This document shows, one piece after another, positions 19,755-30,396 of a DNA stretch of 64,000 nucleotides. Under the pieces are notes generated by a model, which saw nothing but the letters and a program-made list of their open reading frames with translations, had not been told where the DNA came from and made no database searches. The stretch's first letter is position 1; each line of letters opens with the position of its first letter. The translations under genes were made by a program, and so were the position numbers. Where the stretch lies: NCBI GenBank assembly GCA_963668625.2, contig CAXXKA010000001.1:448001-512000 (forward strand), in the 5' to 3' direction. Source of the stretch: an uncultured candidate division Zixibacteria bacterium. GTDB lineage: Bacteria > Zixibacteria > MSB-5A5 > UBA10806 > 4484-95.

Positions 19755-19851
19755 CTGGTTCCAAAGCGCTGCTTTGGAACCTCGCCCGCACTGGCAGAAA
19801 AAAAGTTTCAGCCACATTCAACATCGTTACGAAGCGGCGCTTCGTAACGAG
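19755..19851. repeat. REP doublet (REPIN-like), copy 1
   Basis: CTGGTTCCAAAGCGCTGCTTTGGAACC and TCGTTACGAAGCGGCGCTTCGTAACGAG palindromes; homologous to 35522-35619 in the opposite orientation. Confidence 0.8.
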
Positions 19852-19863
19852 GGGGGGAGAGCA

Positions 19864-22146
19864 TCATTTCAGCCGCGTTTTCAATGCCTCTATAATAGTT
19901 TTTGCCTGTGTGAAATCGGGTTTTAGCTCGACCGCTTTTTCCAAATTGATAAGCGCATTTTGAAGATCACCGGTTTTTCCCAGTGTCATGGCATAGTTGT
20001 AATAGTAGACCGCGTTGCTGCTATCGATAGCCAGCGCGTGTTTGAAATGCTCGATAGCGTTTTCAAAATCACCACTTTGATCGCAGGCTAAGGCCAGATT
20101 GGCCAGGGCATCGGAATCCTCGGGCATCAGCCTAACCGCGTTCTGGAAATTAGCATAAGCGTCCTCGATATTGCCTTTTTGCGCGGCGATCAAACCGAGC
20201 TGATAGTAGCTCTTGCCGATTGTTCGCTCTCTATTGTAACCATAAGGCAGGGAGGAGCTGTATATTTCCGACAGGTCATACTCCGATACTATATCCAGTA
20301 AGCCTCCGGTCACGACCTCCTTGAAATAGCCCTGGGCGGTATTGATATCATCCTGATCGTATTTCAACATCCCATAGTAATACAATGCCGCCGGATTATC
20401 GGGAAACATATAGATAAACTCTTTTACGGCGGTTTCGATTCGAGAGCTGTCGGAGGTGGCATAAGAAGCCAGTATGCGGTTAATATATGCCTCCTTGAAA
20501 TTAGGATAATACTTGATTGCCGAATCCGCCCAGGCAATAGAGCTATCGTTATCATGCGCCAGTCGGGACAACAACGAGAGATTGTTATAGGCTTTAGCGT
20601 TCGGTCCGCAGTTGGAAATTTCATCGTTGAAATAACTCCGGGCCAGATCGGAGTCTTTCTGATAAAACGCGATAACCCCTAAATTCAAACAGGCGTTTGG
20701 TACGCAGTCGACATCTTTGATTGCCGTCAAGTACTCAGCTTTCGCGCCATCATAATTAGCTTTCCTCATTAACATATTGCCCAGAGAGTAATGCGCCATT
20801 GCCATCGATTTATCATGATGATCGTAGAAATTCGTCCAAGAGATAATTCCAACTAATAACACTGAAACGCCGATAGCGACCGCGCGCTTGATATTTGCCC
20901 GCTTGATTGCCAGATAAATTTCATGGATCGTGTACGAGGACATTATCGTAAGCAAGGGGATAAGCGGTATGCGGAATCGTCCGGTAACGAAAAACGCCAC
21001 GATAGTTGCCATGTAACCGAATATGATAAGCGGAAAAATCCAGTAGCGACGTTCTTTAAAAAAGCAAAGTATCGTACCCACCAAGCCCAGCGGCGAGATA
21101 ATAACGAACAGGAACATAGGGATAAACGATATACCGATATAACCGGTGAGAAAATATAAATTATTATTGTTCGATATCTCGAAATAATTCCAGAACATGT
21201 ATAATTTCTTGATAATCAGTTTAATGAAATGCCCGGGATGTTTAATAATATATTTAAAAGATTTATCGAAATAATAAGATGATACCTGAGATGGCTTTAC
21301 TTTATCGGGCTTTACACCCAGCGCACCGGCAGTCTCGTATTCGGCATCACTATACTGCCAGGTATGCCCGAAACCGGGTAATAGAGCGGTGTAACCATCG
21401 GCCTGCTCGTTATTACCGATATAAAAATTAACCCCGCCCTGACTGGCTACAATCACGAAATCATCGCCCACGGCAATATTGCGAACTGTGATTGGAACGA
21501 CGAATAAAAGCACGCCGAGCAAGAACATTATCGAGGTTTTTACTTTTGTTTTGTAATCGAACTCGAGCATAAACAGCCAGAATATGATAAGCGGGATCAC
21601 GGCCAGTATATTCGGGCGGGTTATGGCATACAGGCCGGTTACGATACCGGGCAGTATAAATACTATCAGTTTCTTTTTTCTATATGAATATTCCAGCGTA
21701 AGTATTAAAAGCAACATAAGAACCACGCATAAAAAATCCAGTAGTAGCTGCGATTCGAAATATATTAATATACCGTTTATAGAGACCAGGCCGGCCGCGA
21801 TATAGGCGATTGTCGGGTTGAAAAATCTTTTAGCTATGATATAAGTTAATGGAATGGCGGTTATTCCTATAAGATGTTGAATTAGGGTTACGGCCGTGAA
21901 ATTAACTCCGAATATTGCGTATTGCAGGCCCAGAAGTATAGGGTAGAGCGGCGCCCTGAAATATGGTCCGCCACCTAATATATCCCCGCCGGCTATTTGT
22001 AATGCCCAAATATGATGGTATAATGCATCGATTGTGGGCGAACCCCAGCCCGGCCAATTGGATTTTAGAGCTACTAAAAAGGCGATACGCAGAATTGCGG
22101 CTAAAATGGTAATCCCGGATACTATTAAAATTTCGCATCTTTTCAT
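19864..22146 (-). CDS. GT-C (GT39/PMT-like) membrane glycosyltransferase with C-terminal TPRs
   Basis: IDALYHH, YFRAPLYP, TRPN, GVNFYIGNN, RFRIPL; TPR helices; likely ATG at 22146. Confidence 0.85.
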   Translation of the reverse strand: MKRCEILIVSGITILAAILRIAFLVALKSNWPGWGSPTIDALYHHIWALQIAGGDILGGGPYFRAPLYPILLGLQYAIFGVNFTAVTLIQHLIGITAIPLTYIIAKRFFNPTIAYIAAGLVSINGILIYFESQLLLDFLCVVLMLLLILTLEYSYRKKKLIVFILPGIVTGLYAITRPNILAVIPLIIFWLFMLEFDYKTKVKTSIMFLLGVLLFVVPITVRNIAVGDDFVIVASQGGVNFYIGNNEQADGYTALLPGFGHTWQYSDAEYETAGALGVKPDKVKPSQVSSYYFDKSFKYIIKHPGHFIKLIIKKLYMFWNYFEISNNNNLYFLTGYIGISFIPMFLFVIISPLGLVGTILCFFKERRYWIFPLIIFGYMATIVAFFVTGRFRIPLIPLLTIMSSYTIHEIYLAIKRANIKRAVAIGVSVLLVGIISWTNFYDHHDKSMAMAHYSLGNMLMRKANYDGAKAEYLTAIKDVDCVPNACLNLGVIAFYQKDSDLARSYFNDEISNCGPNAKAYNNLSLLSRLAHDNDSSIAWADSAIKYYPNFKEAYINRILASYATSDSSRIETAVKEFIYMFPDNPAALYYYGMLKYDQDDINTAQGYFKEVVTGGLLDIVSEYDLSEIYSSSLPYGYNRERTIGKSYYQLGLIAAQKGNIEDAYANFQNAVRLMPEDSDALANLALACDQSGDFENAIEHFKHALAIDSSNAVYYYNYAMTLGKTGDLQNALINLEKAVELKPDFTQAKTIIEALKTRLK

Positions 22147-22477
22147 GAAATACAATATATAACAAAAATATGAAAAAAAATGCAAAAAACCTGAATTAGG
22201 CTTCAAGTTATAAAGAATGCATATATAATGATAAAACAATAATTATCGTAAAAGAACCGCGAACCTGTTTATTTTGTTAGATTTAAGTAGTAAAACAGCA
22301 ATTCGTTGCTATTTACGAATTGTTAATTCATTTGCTAGGATAGCCGTTTTTGTCGGCATATATTTTGTGTTACATGGAGTTAAGATGATTTTTGCTTGTA
22401 TTTGGCAAAAAAAATGTTATTGTTATGTTACTTAAGAAGAAAATGAATAAAATCTAAATACTTTGAAGGGAGTAAAA

Positions 22478-25400
22478 ATGAGAACATGGTTAACAGTTGT
22501 GGCTCTGCTTTTAACGGTCTCGGCTGTGTCCGCAATGGACAATATCACCGCCCTTAGCGAGGTTCCGGTCAGTACGCTGGACAATGGGGCGTTGTATATC
22601 ACCGATAAGATCGTTGTAACCATGCAAGAGGGTACTAAACCACTTGAAATGAATAATATGGCCGCTGGATACGCCTCAACCGGCCATGAAAATATGGATA
22701 TGCTTTGTCAGAAATACAAAGTGATCAAAGTGGAACCCTGGTACGCTTATAAGGTCAGAAACGAACACCTTCGATCTCTTGTCGAAAGAATGTATATTTT
22801 TACGGTTGAAAGCGGTTTAGATGCTGCCGATGTTAAGGATTCATTCCTTTCTTGCTCGGATGTCGAGTATTCGGATCTGTATAAACTGCCGCTTTCCAGT
22901 TACATCCCGAATGACCCGTCCGTTAGCAGTCAATGGGCGCTCTCGGCTGTAAGCGCATTTAGCGCCTGGGATTTGATCCGGGGAGATACAACGGCTTCAG
23001 TCGTTATCTCGATTAACGATACCGGAGTTTATTGGACTCATGCCGATCTTTCGGCTAATATGTGGATTAACGGTCCTGAGGATTTGAACGATAATGGTGT
23101 ATTCGATAACTACCCTGAAAGTTCGGGTGGTGATTTGAATGAATATGATGATGATGGAAACGGCTTTGCTGATGACGTCGTCGGTTTCGATCTTGGACAG
23201 GGCGATGCCAATCCTCAGGAAATCACGCCCACTCACGGTACTCACGTAGCCGGATGCGCCTCTGAAGTAGCGGATAATGGTACCGGCGGAGCAGGAACTG
23301 GTTTCTGGGCGAGAATTCATGCCTGTAAAATCACCAATTCAGCCGGACAGTTGACCCAAGGTTACCAGGGTATGATATATGGCGCAGATACCGGCGTGGA
23401 TATTATCAACCTGTCCTGGGGTTCGCCCGGTTACAGTAGCGGTGAGCAGAATATTATCAATTACGTTTATGATATTGGCGTGACTGTAGTGGCCGCGGCC
23501 GGCAATGATGATAACTGGCCGATTCCTTTCACCAATTATCCCTCGGCTTACAACCACGTTTTAGCGGTTGCCTCAACCGATTCGGATGATCGTAAATCAA
23601 GTTTCTCGAACTATGGCACTTGGGTTGATATCTCGGCTCCCGGTTCGAATATCTATGCTACCTGGGCGCAAAATTCATACACCAGCCTTTCGGGTACCTC
23701 TATGTCTTCTCCGATAGCCGCTGGCGCCGCCGCCTTGGTTAAAGCTCAAAATCCCGATGCTACTCCCGATCAGGTCATGAATAGCCTTATTGGCTCTACG
23801 GATGATATCGACGATTTAAATCCATCTTATATTGGCTTGATAGGCACCGGCAGGTTGAATATGCATAGCGCTCTGGGCGCCCTTAACTATCCCAATATTG
23901 AAATCCTGGCGCATCAAGTTACTATTATCAATGATGACGGTGATGATATACTCAATCCCGGCGAGTCGGTGGAGCTGGCTGTCGTGATGCAGAATATCTG
24001 GCAGGATGCCACCAATACCGTGCTTACATTAAGAGCGCCTGATGGTATCACTGTTACCGATTCGATCACTAACCTGGGAACTTTTCCCGGTGACGGCGAG
24101 CAGATGGATAATAGTGCTGACCCATTCGCTTTGATGATTAACGACAATGCTGCACCGGGTGATTACGATTTGGTGATGCAAATTGTCGCTGATGGCCCCT
24201 ATGATATAAGCCGCGAAATAGTTTTAAGAGTTAGCCTGGTTATGGAGAATTTCCCGGTTACACTTTCAGGTGCAGTCGAATCCTCACCGATGATCTGCGA
24301 TTTCGATGGCGACGGTTTAAATGAGATAGTCGTAGGTTGTAATGATTCCAGGCTGTATGCTATCGAAGCTAACGGCGATATCTGCTCGGGATTCCCGTTC
24401 GAGGCCAGTGATGATATCAAAAACGGCGCGGCTGTTGCCGATATCGATCACGATGGCGATAGCGAAATCGTATTTGCTGCTGAGGACGGTATGTTGTATG
24501 CCATCGATCATACGGGCAATATCCTTTCCGGATTCCCGATTGATACCGACGGCTCGTTGTTTGGCTCGCCGAGCTTAGCCGATCTGGACGCCGATGGTGA
24601 TCTCGAGATTATCATCGCAAACCTTCAATCGAAAGAGATAAATATTTACGATCATGATGGCACCACTTTCGGCGAATGGCCATATACCTCCGATCAGGGT
24701 TGGTACGGTGGTGTCGCCCTGGGTGATATCGATGGTGATGACGCTCTGGAGATCGTGATTGCAGGTTTCGATATGAAACTGCATGTGTTTAACTCTGATA
24801 AAACCGAAGTAACCGGATTCCCGGTTGATCTGGATAACAGGGTATGGGGTACACCGGTAATCGGTAATCTCGATCCTTCCGATACTGAACTTGAGATTGT
24901 CACAGCCGCCTATTCCGGTTCCGTATATCTGATCAATCATGATGGTAGCGTTGCAGCTAACTTCCCGATAGATCTGGATCAAACCATAAAGACATCGCCC
25001 TCGCTTGGTGATTTTGATGGCGATAGCCATCCTGAAATCGCGATCGGGACAAATAGTGGCGATCTGTACTTGATAGATTCCGATGGTACTATATTCACTG
25101 GTTATCCGGTCGAATTAGAAAGCGGAATCAGCTCGTCGCCGGTGGTTGCCGATATTGATAATGACGGCAGTGCTGATGTCATAATCGGAAATGGCTCATC
25201 AACCCCCGCTATTTATGCTTTCGATTCTGCTGGTCAGGCGATTACCAATTTCCCGGTTCCGACTCAGGAAGTCGGCCAGATTAACGGTTCCCCGGCAATA
25301 TGGGATATTGATGCTGATGGCGATCTTGATATTGTGGTAGGTGTTACCAGTTCTGTGGGCAATCTTGAAGTTATCGATTATAAAACTAATGCGCATAATG

Positions 25401-25780
25401 TCAATGTAGAGTGGTCGGCATTCGCCAATGACAGGGTAAGAAGCGGTAATTATGATGCTCTTGGTCCCGTGTCTATCGATGATGATCCGGTTGTTTTGCC
25501 TCAGTCATTTAGCTTGAATCAGAACTATCCCAATCCGTTTAACGCCAACACGGTGATTTCTTATAACCTCGATTCGCGTGCCAATGTGTCACTGGATATA
25601 TATGATGTATTAGGCCGCCAGGTTACTATTCTCGAATCCGGCTATCGCGATGCCGGTTTGCATTCAGTTATCTGGAACGGCAAGAACGCGGAGGGTTCGC
25701 TTGTCGCCTCCGGTATCTATTTCTACAAACTTGATACCGGCGAGAAAACCTCTGTTAAGAGAATGATTTACTTAAGATAA
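22478..25780 (+). CDS. Secreted S8 subtilase with FG-GAP repeats and NYPNPFN (T9SS-A-like/FlgD Ig) C-terminal domain
   Basis: Triad NDTGV / HGTHVAG / GTSMSSP; DxDxDG repeats; QNYPNPFN...SGIYFYKL; GGGAG RBS. Confidence 0.92.
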   Translation: MRTWLTVVALLLTVSAVSAMDNITALSEVPVSTLDNGALYITDKIVVTMQEGTKPLEMNNMAAGYASTGHENMDMLCQKYKVIKVEPWYAYKVRNEHLRSLVERMYIFTVESGLDAADVKDSFLSCSDVEYSDLYKLPLSSYIPNDPSVSSQWALSAVSAFSAWDLIRGDTTASVVISINDTGVYWTHADLSANMWINGPEDLNDNGVFDNYPESSGGDLNEYDDDGNGFADDVVGFDLGQGDANPQEITPTHGTHVAGCASEVADNGTGGAGTGFWARIHACKITNSAGQLTQGYQGMIYGADTGVDIINLSWGSPGYSSGEQNIINYVYDIGVTVVAAAGNDDNWPIPFTNYPSAYNHVLAVASTDSDDRKSSFSNYGTWVDISAPGSNIYATWAQNSYTSLSGTSMSSPIAAGAAALVKAQNPDATPDQVMNSLIGSTDDIDDLNPSYIGLIGTGRLNMHSALGALNYPNIEILAHQVTIINDDGDDILNPGESVELAVVMQNIWQDATNTVLTLRAPDGITVTDSITNLGTFPGDGEQMDNSADPFALMINDNAAPGDYDLVMQIVADGPYDISREIVLRVSLVMENFPVTLSGAVESSPMICDFDGDGLNEIVVGCNDSRLYAIEANGDICSGFPFEASDDIKNGAAVADIDHDGDSEIVFAAEDGMLYAIDHTGNILSGFPIDTDGSLFGSPSLADLDADGDLEIIIANLQSKEINIYDHDGTTFGEWPYTSDQGWYGGVALGDIDGDDALEIVIAGFDMKLHVFNSDKTEVTGFPVDLDNRVWGTPVIGNLDPSDTELEIVTAAYSGSVYLINHDGSVAANFPIDLDQTIKTSPSLGDFDGDSHPEIAIGTNSGDLYLIDSDGTIFTGYPVELESGISSSPVVADIDNDGSADVIIGNGSSTPAIYAFDSAGQAITNFPVPTQEVGQINGSPAIWDIDADGDLDIVVGVTSSVGNLEVIDYKTNAHNVNVEWSAFANDRVRSGNYDALGPVSIDDDPVVLPQSFSLNQNYPNPFNANTVISYNLDSRANVSLDIYDVLGRQVTILESGYRDAGLHSVIWNGKNAEGSLVASGIYFYKLDTGEKTSVKRMIYLR

Positions 25781-25798
25781 ATAGACTAGGTTGTCTTT

Positions 25799-25829
25799 GC
25801 CCGCTTGCGGTTAAGCAAGCGGGCTTTTT
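25799..25829 (+). terminator. Intrinsic terminator
   Basis: GCCCGCTTGC-ggttaa-GCAAGCGGGC-TTTTT. Confidence 0.88.
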
Positions 25830-26186
25830 GTCCATAATGTAAAACCAAGAAAGTATTACGGGCAGGGAATTTGCTTAAATATTAATTGTATAAAGTTGTA
25901 GGTTTTAAGGTTTTTAAGCTTAAGGTGTTAGATGTGTTTTCACTTGACATTTTGAGGTTTATTCGTAAATTAATAATAACTGCCCGAACTATAATCTGGC
26001 AATATTGGAAGTGTGAAATGCTGCAGGTAGTTTCAGGGAGAAATACAAACATCATGATTGATTATTACCAATTATATAAACATCAAAAGAGAAATGGTGG
26101 AAATCTGCCTGATTTAAAGGAGGTGAGCAGGTTAAACTAAATCGTTTAAAAGTAGTAAGTAATAAATTTTTTGGAGGAAGTTTTTG

Positions 26187-28052
26187 ATGAGAAAGTTATT
26201 AGTTTTTGCGATCATCATGGTTTTTGCGGTAAGCAGCGTTTATGCTGCCAAGACAAATTTCAGCGAGGACTTTTTACCTCAACCATACGATGATGGCGGA
26301 CCGGATGATTACGGTTATAGCTGGGAAAATAACAATAACGGTGGCGCTCCCGTATACAATTGGGTCGATATCACCGGTGTTGGTACCCTGGTTGAGGGTT
26401 TATTCGACGATAACACGGTCGGTACTTTCGACCTTGGTTTCGATTTCCCTTACTACTGGTATAGTGTTAACAGTACCTATATCGGTTCCAACGGTTTCCT
26501 TTCATTCTCCTCGGCTGAGAGTTATTCTCAGGATTTTGCCCAGATTCCAGCCCGTGACTTACCGAATAATATAGTTGCTCCGTTGGCTTGCGATCTGGAT
26601 TTCACCTCGGCGTATGGCACCAACGAGTGCTATTACTACACCAATAACGTCGATAGTTTCGTGGTTTCCTGGATTGATGTCGCCGAATGGCGTCAGAGCC
26701 CGATAGCCAATACCGAGCATACTTTCCAGGTTATCCTTTGCGCTACCGATTCCTCGATAACTTTCCAGTATGGCCAGCAGGAAGGCGACTGGCAGAATCC
26801 CGATGGCGCTACCTCTATAGGTATCGAAGACCTGGTTGGCGGAACCGGCTTGAGCTATCTGCACAACCTGGCCCCGACAGCTAATGTCCCGACGAACGGC
26901 CTTGTCGTTCGCTTCCATCCCGATCCCGATCCCGAATTCGTATTCGAGGACGTTGGTGTTTTAAGTGTAATGAACAACACTTCAGGCGGTGTATTCAGAG
27001 ATATCAATGCTCCGTTTGTCTTGGGTGCTTATATCCAGAACGCCGGTACTATCGGTGTTGATTCCATCGAGGTTAACTGCAAAGTTAAACGTAGCTACTG
27101 GACAGAATACAACGAGAACGTAACCATCGAACATCTCGATGCAGGTGAAATTTACTTTTTAGAATTCCCGCTGACATATACCCCGGAAGAGATCGAAGTT
27201 CATTCCATCATCATGAAAACCATGATGGCTGATGATTTCTTCTTCAACAATTCCGATACCTGTGAGATGAGAATTTACAACCCGAACGTTTCTCACGATT
27301 TCTCGTATACTGATACCTGTATTGAGTACTCCTCATGGCAGGGTGGCGGTGGCGGTTTCGGTAATGAATTCGTCATGCCGGGGCAGTTCACGGTTACTTC
27401 AATGTCAGCTAACCTGTTGTGTGATGGCACCGATTCATACTGGTTCATCCTGGGCGCCGATGAGAATGGCAATGTCGATGAGACTAATGTCTATTTCTCC
27501 GATACGATCAGTGTTGCTGATACTAACTGGATTACGGTTGACGTACCCGGTGACGTAACCTTTGAGCCCAACGAGAAATTCTTCATGACCGTATTGAGCG
27601 GTGGCGAGGGTCTCTCATTCGGTCAGGACACTTCATGGCCGTTAAGTAATCGTGGCTGGGAGCAGGTTGGTTCCTACACCCCGTCCCGCGATCGTGGTTC
27701 GGATGATATTTGTATGTACGTAACCGGTGTTTGCGAAGGTACTATAGGTATCGATGACAATACCAGCCTTCCGACTAATTTCGCGTTAAACCAGAACTAT
27801 CCTAACCCGTTTAACGCCACTACCGAGATCACATTCAATACTGAGATCACCAGCAATGTTACTTTAGAGGTTTACAACATTGCCGGCCAGAAAATCAAAA
27901 CTCTGGTTGATGGTCAGTATGCCGCCGGTAGCCACAACGTGGTTTGGAACGGTGCGAATGATGCCGGTACTGTCGTTTCCTCCGGTGTCTATTTCTACAA
28001 ACTGAATGTTGACAATCAGAGCGAAACCAGGAAGATGGTATTGATCAAATAA
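26187..28052 (+). CDS. Secreted non-catalytic protein (nidogen-like N-domain, CARDB-like Ig) with NYPNPFN C-terminal domain
   Basis: Signal peptide; GGPDDYGY.W, FDFPYY..IGSNG; QNYPNPFN; GGAGG RBS. Confidence 0.8.
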   Translation: MRKLLVFAIIMVFAVSSVYAAKTNFSEDFLPQPYDDGGPDDYGYSWENNNNGGAPVYNWVDITGVGTLVEGLFDDNTVGTFDLGFDFPYYWYSVNSTYIGSNGFLSFSSAESYSQDFAQIPARDLPNNIVAPLACDLDFTSAYGTNECYYYTNNVDSFVVSWIDVAEWRQSPIANTEHTFQVILCATDSSITFQYGQQEGDWQNPDGATSIGIEDLVGGTGLSYLHNLAPTANVPTNGLVVRFHPDPDPEFVFEDVGVLSVMNNTSGGVFRDINAPFVLGAYIQNAGTIGVDSIEVNCKVKRSYWTEYNENVTIEHLDAGEIYFLEFPLTYTPEEIEVHSIIMKTMMADDFFFNNSDTCEMRIYNPNVSHDFSYTDTCIEYSSWQGGGGGFGNEFVMPGQFTVTSMSANLLCDGTDSYWFILGADENGNVDETNVYFSDTISVADTNWITVDVPGDVTFEPNEKFFMTVLSGGEGLSFGQDTSWPLSNRGWEQVGSYTPSRDRGSDDICMYVTGVCEGTIGIDDNTSLPTNFALNQNYPNPFNATTEITFNTEITSNVTLEVYNIAGQKIKTLVDGQYAAGSHNVVWNGANDAGTVVSSGVYFYKLNVDNQSETRKMVLIK

Positions 28053-28074
28053 GATTATAGAAAGTCTTCTTTGC

Positions 28075-28103
28075 AAAACCCCGTCAACAGGCGGGGTTTT
28101 TTT
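28075..28103 (+). terminator. Intrinsic terminator
   Basis: AAAACCCCG...CGGGGTTTTTTT. Confidence 0.85.
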
Positions 28104-28447
28104 AATATCTGTTAGAGGAAATATATTGACAACTAGAGAGACGAGGTATATTTTAGCCTATAATCGTTGCAATAAATATGTATTATTTTGCGCAATGAGA
28201 AATTTAAAATAAATTACTGGATTAGGTAGGTTATTTTAATTGAAGTTCTATAACTTATAACCCCACATATGTTAATGACAAACGAACAAAAAGCTTGGAT
28301 AATCAATATAAGTATCAATGGAAATGTAATATGGAGTGTTGTATTTAAGGCACATTGTTTGCTTGGATTGTTGTGTAGGTAAGTATGGAGAAAGATAACT
28401 TAAAAATCGAATTAATGGATAATTTCAACAAAAAGAATGGAGAGACT

Positions 28448-30130
28448 ATGTACAGGAAAGTAATGTTTAGTATTCTCGCGTTAGTGTTGATGGTTGCCGT
28501 TGCCGGCGCCTCCGACATTTTACCGATTTCTCATCAAGCGATAGACGGCCCGATCGAATACGAGCCTGTGGTATATGATATCGCTGAAGATGTAATTTAT
28601 TACGATGGCGCGCCTTCAGCATATTGGGGTGGCCTAACCGTATCCGGGACAATGTTTGCCACCCGCTTTACCCCGCCTCAGCCGTGCAGTTTATCTTACA
28701 TCCAGATAACCTCTTACAACGGCGCCGGAAACGCCACCATCCATATCATGAGTGATGACGGTGGTAATCCAGATGCCGATCTTATCACCCCGTTTACAGC
28801 TGCCTTAAATGGTAATACCAGCCGCCAGTCAATTAATTTGCCGAATGACATTGATCTTGGCTCAGACGATTTCCATATAGTTGTCGAGTACGTTCAGGCG
28901 CCGCCGCCATTTGTAACAGGTGATAATGATGGTAACACCGAAAACCGTTCGAAATACAAACAACCCAGCGATGTTACCTGGACTCCTCTCGATGGAGATT
29001 TGAATTTCCGCGCTTGGGTTAATTACTATGGTGATGATTTAGTCGGTCCGACCATCAATCATATTCAGCAAGTGTTGGGTTTTGAAGGTGAAGGCCAACA
29101 CCCGATTTCGGCAACAATTACCGATGCTTCCGATGTGGCTGCCGCCAGCATTTTCTATACTGCCGATGGCACGAACTGGAATGAAATTATCATGACAAAT
29201 AGCGCCGGCGATGTTTGGGATGGCGTTATTCCCGGTCAGTCTGCCGGTGATGTAGTATTGTATTATATCAGTTCAACCGACGCCTCCTCCAATAGCAATG
29301 TCAGCTACGAGCCCGAGTCTGCTCCTTCCGTTCCGTATATCATGAATATCGTCGAAGGCGCCGAGATTGCTTATGATGATGGTTCTGTCGATGGTTGGTG
29401 GATTGTTTCCGATGAAGACGATGACAATAAATTCGCTATCAGGATGACACCGTCCGATTACCCTGCTCAGGTATTAATGGCCAGAGCTTACGTTTCTGAT
29501 ACTACTAGATTCGATTTTACCATCAATGAAGTCTCTGCCGGCAATCCCGGTGATGTTCTCCCCGGTGGAGAAGCTGTCGAGGGTCAGAGAGAATCTCATG
29601 GCTGGGCTATCAGCGAATTCAGTAATGGCCCGACCATCGAAAGCGGTCATTTCTACCTCGTATTCAACTGGCGTTCCGCTACTCCGGGTAATCCGGGCGT
29701 TGGCCAGGACACTGACAATGTCTCCTTCCGTTCATCTTGGTATTCAGGAACCAGCGGCTGGAATATGGTCTCTGATGGTGAATACATGATGCGTGTGGTC
29801 GTTTCTACTCCTACCGGTATCAAAGAGCTTGATGCTGACGGTTCTCGTCCTGCCAGCTATGAGTTGGTCGGTAATTACCCGAATCCGTTCAACCCTACTA
29901 CCGATATCAAATTCCTGGCTCCCGAAGCTGGAAATGTCCGTATCGATATCTACAACGTAACCGGTCAGAAAGTGAAAACCGTGCTAGACGAGTATATCGA
30001 TGCCGGTGTGAAAGCGGTTACCTGGGATGGTACCAATAGTAATGGCGCTCAGGTTAATTCCGGTGTTTATTTCTACAAATTAACTGCCGGCGATGTCGTT
30101 CAGACTAACAAAATGGTCTTAATGAAATAA
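28448..30130 (+). CDS. Secreted protein with two related beta-sandwich domains and NYPNPFN C-terminal domain
   Basis: Signal peptide MYRKVMF..; YYDG..FATRFTP and YDDG..FAIRMTP repeats; GNYPNPFNP; GGAG RBS. Confidence 0.8.
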   Translation: MYRKVMFSILALVLMVAVAGASDILPISHQAIDGPIEYEPVVYDIAEDVIYYDGAPSAYWGGLTVSGTMFATRFTPPQPCSLSYIQITSYNGAGNATIHIMSDDGGNPDADLITPFTAALNGNTSRQSINLPNDIDLGSDDFHIVVEYVQAPPPFVTGDNDGNTENRSKYKQPSDVTWTPLDGDLNFRAWVNYYGDDLVGPTINHIQQVLGFEGEGQHPISATITDASDVAAASIFYTADGTNWNEIIMTNSAGDVWDGVIPGQSAGDVVLYYISSTDASSNSNVSYEPESAPSVPYIMNIVEGAEIAYDDGSVDGWWIVSDEDDDNKFAIRMTPSDYPAQVLMARAYVSDTTRFDFTINEVSAGNPGDVLPGGEAVEGQRESHGWAISEFSNGPTIESGHFYLVFNWRSATPGNPGVGQDTDNVSFRSSWYSGTSGWNMVSDGEYMMRVVVSTPTGIKELDADGSRPASYELVGNYPNPFNPTTDIKFLAPEAGNVRIDIYNVTGQKVKTVLDEYIDAGVKAVTWDGTNSNGAQVNSGVYFYKLTAGDVVQTNKMVLMK

Positions 30131-30153
30131 AATATTTCGTATTCGCTAATACG

Positions 30154-30186
30154 TAACCCCCTGTGAAAGCAGGGGGTTATTTTTTT
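30154..30186 (+). terminator. Intrinsic terminator
   Basis: TAACCCCCTG...CAGGGGGTTA then T-run. Confidence 0.88.
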
Positions 30187-30353
30187 GACATTAATTAGAA
30201 TGTATTACTTTATGCCTATTCTATGCATTTGAGTGCATATATTACAGGATTTTATCGTGTGTGGAATCGTTTGCCTGTTAGTTGTTTATTCATAACTTAT
30301 TGATAAATAACATATTAATTATTTACTGTAAATTTTACTTTATAACAAATTAA

Positions 30354-30369
30354 TGGCCTGGCCTTTGCA
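30354..30369 (+). promoter_or_regulatory. Possible sigma54 (-24/-12) promoter
   Basis: TGGCCTGGCCTTTGCA: GG-N10-GC spacing, placed just upstream of RBS and ATG 30397. Confidence 0.4.
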
Positions 30370-30396
30370 ATATTAAGACGTAAAATGGAGATTCTG

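Noticed and set aside
22147-22239. N-terminal extension of the GT-C gene in the ORF track
   Set aside because: AT-rich promoter-like sequence; downstream ATG preferred. The same applies to extensions at 5174, 28385 and 35752
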